NCBI GenBank assembly: GCA_949284545.1
Contig: CASDVX010000071.1
Coordinates: forward strand, 8,845 to 72,844
Reading direction: 5' to 3'
Source of the DNA: an uncultured Eubacteriales bacterium
GTDB lineage: Bacteria; Bacillota; Clostridia; Oscillospirales; CAJFTT01
DNA: 64,000 nt
Of this stretch, positions 30,982-38,566 are shown piece after piece. The notes below the pieces were generated by a model. That model worked only from the letters and a program-made list of their open reading frames with translations. It did no database searches and was not told where the DNA came from. Positions within the stretch are counted from its first letter, which is position 1; each line of letters begins with the position of its first letter. Both the position numbers and the translations under genes were made by a program.

Positions 30982-32946
30982 TTGTCTAGAATTACAGTTG
31001 CCGGCACGGCCGGATTTTGTTTTGGCGTGAAGCGTGCAGTGCAGGCTGTTGAGGATCTGATAGAGCAGGGAAAAAAGGTATGTACGCTCGGTCCGTTGAT
31101 ACATAATCCTCAATTTATACAGCAGCTCATTGATAGAGGCGTGCGCGTGGTGGAGTCTGTCGATGAAGTTATGGGTGGTGAAACAGCCGTAATAAGATCC
31201 CACGGAGTAAGCAGGGACGTATTTGACGAGCTAGAGAAGAAAAAATTATCGTATTTGGACTTAACGTGCCCGTTCGTGACAAAAATTCACAAAATTGTAA
31301 GCAATACGGATAAAGATTATGATATAATTGCCGTGTTAGGTGATAGACAGCACCCTGAAGTTCGCGGAATTGTCGGTCACAGCAGCGCCCCAGCGGTAGT
31401 GGCAGGCTCGTTTGATGAGTTTACAGCGCTGTTTGCAGATCCGGAATTCTCCGGAAAGCATATTGTTGTCGTTTCGCAGACTACTTTCAGCACTGAGGAA
31501 TGGAAAAAATGTGTTGATTTTATTGCAGGCGTAGGAGTTGACTGCACGGTACACGATACAATATGTCAGGCCACAGCTCAACGCCAGGCCGAGGCTGCTG
31601 AGATTGCTTCGAAATGCGATGTGATGCTCGTAATAGGTGGGAAGAACAGCTCTAATACTGCAAAATTATATCAAATCTGTTCAGAGCGTACAAAGACCTA
31701 TTATGTAGAATCCGCGAGCGATTTTCCTGCAGAAATCGCGAAGGGCCCCGTCTGTATTGGAGTTACTGCCGGTGCTTCAACGCCCGACTGTATCATAAAG
31801 GAGGTACTTACAAACATGTCAGATGTAGTTGAAAACAACAGCAATTTAGGCGAAGAGCTTGATTTTGCAGCCGCGTTGGAGGACTCGCTAAAGCCTGTCC
31901 ACAACGGAGATATCGTGAAAGGAGTAGTTGTTGGGATAACGCCCACTGAGGTTCAGATAGATATCGGAACTAAACATGCAGGCTATGTCGCGGTTTCCGA
32001 ATTTGGCGATCAGCTTCCTTCAATAGGCGATGAAATCAACCTTGTTGTTTTCAGAATCAACGATGTGGAAGGTACCGTTGGCCTTTCCAAGCGTCGCTAT
32101 GACGCAATGAAAGGTTGGAAAGATATACTGGAAGCCCACGATTCCGGTGAGGTTCTTGAGGGCAAGGTTGAGTCTGCCGTGAATGCCGGGGTGCTTGCTG
32201 TCGTTCGCGGTACAAGAGTTTTTGTTCCCGCTTCGCTTTGTTCCTCACGCAGGGTAGAGGACCTTTCCACTCTCGTCGGCAAGGATGTACGCCTGAAGAT
32301 AATTGATGTTGACAACAGGCGTCACCGCGCCATAGGTTCCGTAAAGGCTGTTGAGCGTGAAGAGCGCAACGCGGCCGCTGAAAAATTGTGGAGCACCATT
32401 GAGGTCGGCAATGTATACAAAGGCGTCGTAAAATCGATGACGTCTTATGGGGCATTTGTGGATATCGGCGGCGCAGACGGCATGATACATGTAAGTGAGC
32501 TTTCATGGTCCAAAATCAGCAACCCCGCCAAGGTCCTTTCCATCGGGCAGGAAGTTGAGGTTTTCGTAAAAGCGGTTGACAAGGAAAACAAGAAAATTTC
32601 CCTCGGTTACCGTAAAGAAGAGGACAATCCCTGGAGAATATTTACTGAGAAATATTCTGTTGGCGACGTAGTGAATGTAGAAATTGTGAGCATTGTGCCC
32701 TTTGGCGCGTTTGCACAGATAATTCCGGGGATTGACGGTCTCATACATATTTCGCAGCTTTCGTCGGACAGAGTGGAAAAAGTCGGAGATGTCGTTAAGG
32801 TCGGAGATAAGCTCGACGCGAAGATCGTTGAAATAGATCCCGAACGTTCAAGAGTTAGCCTGTCGATAAAAGCTTTGCATTCCGATGAGGATGCGTCCGG
32901 GCCCGTTGATGAATTGGGTGTTTTAGGCGATTCTTCTGATAAGTAA
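30982..32946 (+). CDS. ispH: Bifunctional 4-hydroxy-3-methylbut-2-enyl diphosphate reductase (IspH) / ribosomal protein S1 fusion
   Basis: The N-terminal ~280 aa are LytB/IspH-like (GFCFGVKRAV, HNP, TAGASTP). The C-terminal part holds four S1 repeats (GxV..I.P.G..V.., YGAFVDIGGADGMIHVSE, FGAFAQIIPGIDGLIHISQ). Confidence 0.9.
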   Translation: MSRITVAGTAGFCFGVKRAVQAVEDLIEQGKKVCTLGPLIHNPQFIQQLIDRGVRVVESVDEVMGGETAVIRSHGVSRDVFDELEKKKLSYLDLTCPFVTKIHKIVSNTDKDYDIIAVLGDRQHPEVRGIVGHSSAPAVVAGSFDEFTALFADPEFSGKHIVVVSQTTFSTEEWKKCVDFIAGVGVDCTVHDTICQATAQRQAEAAEIASKCDVMLVIGGKNSSNTAKLYQICSERTKTYYVESASDFPAEIAKGPVCIGVTAGASTPDCIIKEVLTNMSDVVENNSNLGEELDFAAALEDSLKPVHNGDIVKGVVVGITPTEVQIDIGTKHAGYVAVSEFGDQLPSIGDEINLVVFRINDVEGTVGLSKRRYDAMKGWKDILEAHDSGEVLEGKVESAVNAGVLAVVRGTRVFVPASLCSSRRVEDLSTLVGKDVRLKIIDVDNRRHRAIGSVKAVEREERNAAAEKLWSTIEVGNVYKGVVKSMTSYGAFVDIGGADGMIHVSELSWSKISNPAKVLSIGQEVEVFVKAVDKENKKISLGYRKEEDNPWRIFTEKYSVGDVVNVEIVSIVPFGAFAQIIPGIDGLIHISQLSSDRVEKVGDVVKVGDKLDAKIVEIDPERSRVSLSIKALHSDEDASGPVDELGVLGDSSDK

Positions 32947-32962
32947 TTGATAACCTTATTTT

Positions 32963-33005
32963 GCAGAAAAGCAGTACGGTTTTTAAGACCGTACTGCTTT
33001 TCTGC
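32963..33005. terminator. Bidirectional terminator between ispH/rpsA and the deacetylase gene
   Basis: Perfect 18-bp stem GCAGAAAAGCAGTACGGT / ACCGTACTGCTTTTCTGC with a 7-nt loop. Confidence 0.85.
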
Positions 33006-33019
33006 TTGTTGTTGCCGGA

Positions 33020-33922
33020 TTAATTAGAGGATGCGTCTTCTATAAGGGCTTGTTTGTAATCCATATAGTAGTCACCGTAATACGGCTGAGTATTGCAAGG
33101 AGTGCAGGTTTCATCTGTGTTTAACGTAGGTGCTGCAGTGTCGGTTGATGAAGCCGAGGTTTCGGGCCTTTGACACCCGGCGTGGTCGATGTAGTATCCG
33201 TCAGTCATGATCATTTGAGAGATCGGTATGAACGTGTATCCGTCGGCTTGCAGCGCTTCAATTATTTGTGGAAGAGCCTCAGGGGTGTTTTTGGCCGCAT
33301 TATGAAAGAGGCATATAGAACCGGCAGAAGCCTTTGAGGTCACATTCTTTACCAACTGTTCTACACTCGGGTCTTTCCAGTCAAGGCTGTCAATATTCCA
33401 TTGAATACAATACATGTCAAGCCCGTCAAGTGTCTCTATGAGCTGGTTGCTGTAACTGCCGTACGGGGCGCGGAAAAGCGTGGGAGATTTTCCTGTTATA
33501 GCCTTTATCTTTTCGTTGCACGATACAATCTCGTTTTTCATATCTTCAACCGAAAGTTTGACCATGTCCGGGTGAGTATTGCTGTGATTCATTATTTCAT
33601 GGCCTGCGTCTGCAAGAGCTTTTACCGATTCCGGATATTTATCCACCCATTCTCCTACGACAAAAAAAGTAGCTTTAATGTTATATTTCCCGAGAATGTC
33701 TATCAGTTGCTGCGTATCTTCGTTTCCCCAGGCTGCGTCAAAAGACAGCGAAATCACCTTTTCGCTTTTCTCAACATTATATATTGGAATCAATCTTGTT
33801 TGAGATACCGTTTCACGTTCAGCCTTGGCAATCGTAAAACCGAAGACCGTTAGTGAAACCACAAGAATTGCAGCGGTAAAACCGAATATTATTTGTTTTA
33901 TATTCAGAACGTACATCTTCAT
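33020..33922 (-). CDS. Polysaccharide deacetylase family protein (NodB domain; Pda-like)
   Basis: N-terminal TM, then FDAAWG, KATFFVVG and HSNTHPDM NodB motifs. Confidence 0.85.
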   Translation of the reverse strand: MKMYVLNIKQIIFGFTAAILVVSLTVFGFTIAKAERETVSQTRLIPIYNVEKSEKVISLSFDAAWGNEDTQQLIDILGKYNIKATFFVVGEWVDKYPESVKALADAGHEIMNHSNTHPDMVKLSVEDMKNEIVSCNEKIKAITGKSPTLFRAPYGSYSNQLIETLDGLDMYCIQWNIDSLDWKDPSVEQLVKNVTSKASAGSICLFHNAAKNTPEALPQIIEALQADGYTFIPISQMIMTDGYYIDHAGCQRPETSASSTDTAAPTLNTDETCTPCNTQPYYGDYYMDYKQALIEDASSN

Positions 33923-33961
33923 ACTGATCCCTCCGAGTAAATAATATGAAACATTTGCGAT

Positions 33962-33998
33962 AAAAATAACGGCGTTAAAATTTAACGCCGTTATTTTT
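33962..33998 (-). terminator. Terminator after the recombinase gene
   Basis: Perfect 18-bp arms AAAAATAACGGCGTTAAA / TTTAACGCCGTTATTTTT around a single central nucleotide, 18 nt downstream of the recombinase stop. Confidence 0.8.
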
Positions 33999-34015
33999 AT
34001 CGACAGTTATCAGCA

Positions 34016-35026
34016 TTATTTGGTTTCTTTATGCTTAATTTTTACCGATGAAAGGGGAGTAGAGCTCGCTGCATTTTTAAGTTGTTCGGTGGACAAATGA
34101 GTGTATATTTCCGTAGTACCGAGATTTTCATGTCCTAAAATATCTTTTAATATGCGTATGTCTACATGGCCATATTGATACATGAGCGTAGCGGCTGTAT
34201 GACGAAGTTTGTGCGTAGAGAACCCCATATCGGTCAAACCTGCTTCAGCCAGCTGTCTGTTGACTATCCATTGAACAGTCTTGGGACTTATCCTTTTGTT
34301 CAAGCGGCTCAAAAAAAGCGCACGTGAGTCCGCAGGGCTGGCTGCCTGAGCTGGCCGAACGGCAAGATAGTTTTTTATCGCATCAATACAGTTATTGTTC
34401 AAAAAGACAACGCGTTCTTTATTTCCCTTACCAAGAATTACCATGGATTTTTCGTCAAAATTTATCCGACCAATGTCAATTCCTACCAATTCTGACAACC
34501 TTAAACCGCAATTAAGAAAAAGCGTAAGAATGCAAAAATCGCGTTCTGCAAATTTTCCGTCAACGCTTTCAAGCAACGAAACGCTTTGCTCAAGCGAAAG
34601 ATGCTTTGGCAGAGATTTTTTCTTTTTGGGAGTTTCAAGTTCCGTAGTGGGATTCAGCGCAATTTGTCCGGTTTTGTTGCACAAATAATTAAAGAAGGTT
34701 CGAAGGCTTGAAACCTTACGTGATCGTGTTGAAGCTGTGTTAGATCTTGACATTTTCAGATAATTCATATATTCAAGAATATCCTGTAAAGTGATAGACG
34801 AAATAAAATCGATATCGATGCCGCTGATGTCTATAGATTCAAATTCACAGTCATCCGGAACTTTGCCTTTAAATATTTTCATAAACCTGAAAAACGTGCG
34901 TAGGTCAGTATAGTATTCGTTTACGGTTTTCGGAGAGCAGTTTTTAACCGAACCTATGTAAGTTAAAAAAGATCTGACCGCAGGACACGCATCGGTATAA
35001 TAACTGATTTTTATATTATTTGACAT
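34016..35026 (-). CDS. Tyrosine-type site-specific recombinase (XerC/XerD-like), stand-alone
   Basis: N-terminal SAM-like core-binding domain and a catalytic domain with the GLRLSE (Arg), HKLRHTAAT (HxxR), GH and EIYTH (Tyr) motifs. No flanking phage or transposon genes. Confidence 0.9.
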   Translation of the reverse strand: MSNNIKISYYTDACPAVRSFLTYIGSVKNCSPKTVNEYYTDLRTFFRFMKIFKGKVPDDCEFESIDISGIDIDFISSITLQDILEYMNYLKMSRSNTASTRSRKVSSLRTFFNYLCNKTGQIALNPTTELETPKKKKSLPKHLSLEQSVSLLESVDGKFAERDFCILTLFLNCGLRLSELVGIDIGRINFDEKSMVILGKGNKERVVFLNNNCIDAIKNYLAVRPAQAASPADSRALFLSRLNKRISPKTVQWIVNRQLAEAGLTDMGFSTHKLRHTAATLMYQYGHVDIRILKDILGHENLGTTEIYTHLSTEQLKNAASSTPLSSVKIKHKETK

Positions 35027-35056
35027 TTGTCATCCTCCCTTAATTTCAACTCCCCT

Positions 35057-35088
35057 GAATTATACAAAATATTCATTTTGTATAATTC
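35057..35088. other. Perfect 32-bp palindrome with an asymmetric centre, upstream of the recombinase gene (candidate core site or operator)
   Basis: GAATTATACAAAAT-ATTC-ATTTTGTATAATTC. The arm nearest the gene contains TGTATAAT, which reads as an extended -10 toward the recombinase. Confidence 0.6.
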
Positions 35089-35249
35089 ACTATATGGAGA
35101 ATACCACATTTCCCCGGCTTTGTCAATACTTTTTCAAATTTATAGACCATGTTCAAAATGAGCGTACGTAGTCCTACCATTGTACTCTATTGCATGTTAT
35201 AAGGTTTGGGTAATATGCACGCTGTTCGTTTGTTCACAGATTGGCTGTG

Positions 35250-35279
35250 TTGACAAGTTTAATACTTTAGAACTATAAT
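35250..35279 (+). promoter_or_regulatory. Sigma-A promoter of the crp/fnr-family gene
   Basis: TTGACA (35250-35255), an 18-nt spacer and TATAAT (35274-35279). Confidence 0.7.
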
Positions 35280-35320
35280 AATGACATCGCGAATATGTCC
35301 ATGACAATTATGCGCAAACG

Positions 35321-36025
35321 TTGGTGTTCAGTTTTGGACGAAAGGAAGATGGAGTTTTGTCTGTTAATGATGAATATCTCAAACTACTTCCCTTTTGGGA
35401 TAAGCTTTCTGAAACTGAAAAGGCGTTTGTGGCTGATCATGCGGTTCTAAAGCATTACAGAAAAGGTCAGTTGATTTCCAGCGGCAGCGTTGAATGTCTT
35501 GGCATGATTTTGATGCTTGATGGCGAGTTGCGCGCGTATGTTTTGTCGGAGGAAGGGCGCGAGATCACACTTTTTAGAATTAAGAAGGGCGATACGTGCG
35601 TTTTATCAGCATCATGTGTGATAAATCAAATTACGTTTGAAACCCATATTTGCGCACAAAGCGACAGCATAGCCGTTGTGATAAACTCCGGAGCGTTTTC
35701 AATATTGTCCCGCGGCAATATTTATGTCCGGTGTTATATGTATGAGCTCTTGATCACACGTTTTTCCTCTGTTATGTGGGTAATGCAGCAAATACTGTTT
35801 AACGGATTTGATAAGCGGCTCGCCTCTTTCCTTATTGATGAGAGCGAGCGATGCAAATGCACTGAGATAAGAATGACCCATGAGGAAATAGCTACGTATA
35901 CAAATTCGGCGCGTGAGGTAGTTGCCCGAATGCTAAAACGTTTTGCCTCGGAAGGACTTGTCGATCTCAGACGAGGAACGGTTGTTTTGAAGGACATTGA
36001 GGCTCTGAAAAAATTGTGCGACTGA
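35321..36025 (+). CDS. Crp/Fnr family transcriptional regulator
   Basis: cNMP-binding-like beta-roll and a C-terminal HTH (MTHEEIATYTNSAREVVARMLKRF). The start is uncertain: TTG at 35321, or TTG at 35357 which has an AAGGAAG RBS 8 nt upstream. Confidence 0.8.
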   Translation: MVFSFGRKEDGVLSVNDEYLKLLPFWDKLSETEKAFVADHAVLKHYRKGQLISSGSVECLGMILMLDGELRAYVLSEEGREITLFRIKKGDTCVLSASCVINQITFETHICAQSDSIAVVINSGAFSILSRGNIYVRCYMYELLITRFSSVMWVMQQILFNGFDKRLASFLIDESERCKCTEIRMTHEEIATYTNSAREVVARMLKRFASEGLVDLRRGTVVLKDIEALKKLCD

Positions 36026-36115
36026 ATCCGCCGAAACGAGACTCAGTCACAGAATTAACACTGAAAATGGGTAAAATATAATCATAATAAAATTTATTTT
36101 GTCAGGAGGATAATT

Positions 36116-36427
36116 ATGGCTGAGATCACACTCACAAAACAGAATTTTCAGGACGAGGTTCTCAAATCAGGCAAAACGGTTCTGGTGGATTTCTGGGCTA
36201 CATGGTGCGGACCGTGCAGGATGATTGCGCCGATAGTACATGAAATTTCTGAGGAAATGGCGGACTCTGTCAAGGTATGTAAGGTAAATGTTGACGACGA
36301 GCCTGAACTCGCGGCGGCTTTCGGCATTTCAAGTATTCCCACCCTCATGGTATTTAAAAACGGAAAAGCGGTAAATACTGCTGTTGGATACAGGCCAAAG
36401 GACAACATTGTCACCATGCTGAAATAA
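36116..36427 (+). CDS. trxA: Thioredoxin
   Basis: 103 aa with the WATWCGPC active site. Confidence 0.95.
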   Translation: MAEITLTKQNFQDEVLKSGKTVLVDFWATWCGPCRMIAPIVHEISEEMADSVKVCKVNVDDEPELAAAFGISSIPTLMVFKNGKAVNTAVGYRPKDNIVTMLK

Positions 36428-36622
36428 AAACCGGCGGCTTTCAATACGCACGCACACAGCCTAACGACGCATTTCTTTGAGCATTGCGTGAGCAGCAATA
36501 TCAAAATACGGTATTTCTGCCGGTGTTTGGCTGTGTGTTTTTGCTTTATTTTGTTTTAATGGGCATCAATACAGCTTTATAGACTTAAATCCGATAAATG
36601 ATCGACAAGAAGGAGCATTTTA

Positions 36623-38320
36623 ATGAAAGTTGTTATTGTGGGCGGTGTCGCCGGCGGAGCGTCTGCCGACGCAAGGATACGGCGCCTTGACGAAGACGCA
36701 AGCATAATTATTTTTGAACGTTCCGGGTTTATATCTTATGCTAACTGCGGCCTTCCCTATTATGTGGGCGGAGTTATAAGAAACAAAGATGAGCTTACAC
36801 TGCAAACCCCGGAAAGTTTTAAAATGAGGTTTAATATAGACGTACGGGTACGGCATGAAGTAATTTCGGTTAATACACACACTAAAACCGTGACGGTCCA
36901 CAATATAGACACAGATAAGACGTTTGAGGAGAGTTACGACAAGCTCGTTTTAGCGCCGGGCGCGAGACCTACAGTGCCGGATCTGCCGGGTATCGATAAC
37001 AACAGGATATTTACGCTTCGTTCCGTGGAAGATACCTTTAAAATCAAAGAGTTCATTGAAAGAATACATCCTCGCAAAGCTGTGGTTATAGGCGGCGGCT
37101 TTATTGGACTGGAATCTGCGGAAAATTTGCTTTCATCCGGCGTAGAAGTTACGCTCATTGAATATGCCGATCACGTCCTTGCCCAGCTTGATTTTGATAT
37201 GGCGTGTTTCGTGCATTCCGCTGTGATTAAAAACGGGATTTCATTACGCTTAGGCACGGCTGTCACGGGCTTTACATCACGCGGAAGTAATGTGGTTGTA
37301 AACACTTCTGACGGATCCTCCGTTGAGGCCGATATGGTTCTTCTTGCCGTCGGCGTGACACCGGATACGGCGCTTGCGGCCAAAGCCGGACTGAAGCTCG
37401 GAGCAAAGGGAAGTATTTCTGTAAACGAAATGATGGAAACATCGGCGGCGGATGTCTATGCTGTGGGAGATGCAGTTGAGATAACAAACTTTGTTACGGG
37501 GCTCTCTTCCCTTGTGCCTTTGGCAGGTCCTGCAAATAAGCAAGGACGTATTGCGGCCGACAACATTTGCGGCGGCCACAGCGTATACAAAGGGGCACAG
37601 GGCTCTTCGATAATAAAGGTTTTTGATATGACCGCAGCAGTGACCGGACTTAACGAAAACGCGGCTAAACGTGCCGGTATACCATATGAAAAAATTGTCA
37701 TCTCTCCCCTTTCCCACGCATCGTACTATCCCGGCGGAACCGTCATGACAATAAAGGCATTATATGACCGTCAAAACGGCAAACTTATTGGCGCTCAGAT
37801 CGTTGGGTTTGACGGAGTGGATAAACGCATAGACGTGCTTGCCACAGCAATACGCGCAGGAATGAAAATAACCGACCTTATTGACCTTGACCTTGCCTAT
37901 GCTCCTCCCTACTCTTCCGCCAAGGATCCGGTAAACATGACGGGATATGTGGCAGAAAATGTTTTGACGGGTAAAGTAAAGCAGTTTCATTATGACCAAC
38001 TTGACGTCCTGCCTCGTGACGGAAGCGTATTTCTTATGGATACGCGCACCCATGGAGAATATCTCAGGGGACATGCGGAAGGGTTTATCAATATACCTGT
38101 GGATGATCTCCGAGAGCGTATTGGCGAAATTCCGAAAGGCAAGCCGGTTTATGTAATGTGCCAAAGCGGTTTGCGGAGTTATTTGGCGTGCAGGATTTTG
38201 TCGCAGCGCGGGTACGACTGTTACAATTTTTCGGGCGGATATAGGTTTTATGACGCCGTCATGAAGGGGCGTATCCAGGCAAATCACGCTTATCCGTGCG
38301 GTATGGAAAGTGACCGATAG
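36623..38320 (+). CDS. CoA-disulfide reductase / NADH oxidase family flavoprotein with a C-terminal rhodanese domain
   Basis: VVIVGGVAGGAS FAD motif, the single redox Cys context SYANCGLPYY, a second Rossmann motif (VIGGGFIGLE), and a C-terminal rhodanese active-site loop CQSGLRS. Confidence 0.85.
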   Translation: MKVVIVGGVAGGASADARIRRLDEDASIIIFERSGFISYANCGLPYYVGGVIRNKDELTLQTPESFKMRFNIDVRVRHEVISVNTHTKTVTVHNIDTDKTFEESYDKLVLAPGARPTVPDLPGIDNNRIFTLRSVEDTFKIKEFIERIHPRKAVVIGGGFIGLESAENLLSSGVEVTLIEYADHVLAQLDFDMACFVHSAVIKNGISLRLGTAVTGFTSRGSNVVVNTSDGSSVEADMVLLAVGVTPDTALAAKAGLKLGAKGSISVNEMMETSAADVYAVGDAVEITNFVTGLSSLVPLAGPANKQGRIAADNICGGHSVYKGAQGSSIIKVFDMTAAVTGLNENAAKRAGIPYEKIVISPLSHASYYPGGTVMTIKALYDRQNGKLIGAQIVGFDGVDKRIDVLATAIRAGMKITDLIDLDLAYAPPYSSAKDPVNMTGYVAENVLTGKVKQFHYDQLDVLPRDGSVFLMDTRTHGEYLRGHAEGFINIPVDDLRERIGEIPKGKPVYVMCQSGLRSYLACRILSQRGYDCYNFSGGYRFYDAVMKGRIQANHAYPCGMESDR

Positions 38321-38338
38321 GTCCGAACCTATGAATTG

Positions 38339-38379
38339 ACGCGCGGAGATACAACGGTTGTTTACTGTTCTCCGCGCGT
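38339..38379. other. GC-rich hairpin at the convergence point of the + and - gene blocks
   Basis: 11-bp stem ACGCGCGGAGA / TCTCCGCGCGT with a 19-nt loop. No U-run on either strand, so it is not a canonical intrinsic terminator. Confidence 0.35.
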
Positions 38380-38387
38380 CCTGATTA

Positions 38388-38561
38388 TCAATCCTGATGA
38401 GAGTTGCCGGTTTTATTTTTGCATAAGCTGCACCCTGTACCGCATTTTTTTGAATGAGGACAGCCTATACATTTCTGTCCTCTTTTTTTTGCTATACGTA
38501 TATAGGAAACGGCAACCGCCAAAACAACAGCAAGAATCAGGATAATTATTACATTTTCCAT
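38388..38561 (-). CDS. FeoB-associated Cys-rich small membrane protein (57 aa; not in the ORF track)
   Basis: Hand translation: MENVIIILILAVVLAVAVSYIRIAKKRGQKCIGCPHSKKCGTGCSLCKNKTGNSHQD. One TM helix, a basic stretch, then CxxC..C...C..C. The ATG lies 5 nt after the feoB stop and a GGGAGGAG RBS sits inside the feoB 3' end. Confidence 0.8.
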   Translation of the reverse strand: MENVIIILILAVVLAVAVSYIRIAKKRGQKCIGCPHSKKCGTGCSLCKNKTGNSHQD

Positions 38562-38566
38562 GTATT

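Noticed and set aside
35117-35134. An 18-nt exact repeat, GCTTTGTCAATACTTTTT, also found at 40985-41002. Shorter versions, GTATTGACA, occur at the groES promoter (11144-11152) and the 24734-24742 promoter.
   Set aside because: On the relevant strand it reads AAAAAGTATTGACAAAGC, an A-tract (UP-like element) followed by a consensus -35. It is best explained as shared strong-promoter architecture, not a mobile repeat or a specific operator.
36077-36104. TATAATCATAA-TAAAAT-TTATTTTGTCA, which has the ATAA-N6-TTAT layout of a dif site.
   Set aside because: Only about 6 of 11 positions match the conserved XerD arm (TTATGTTAAAT). The sequence coincides with the likely trxA -10 box and leader in an AT-rich promoter region, so it is probably a chance resemblance.
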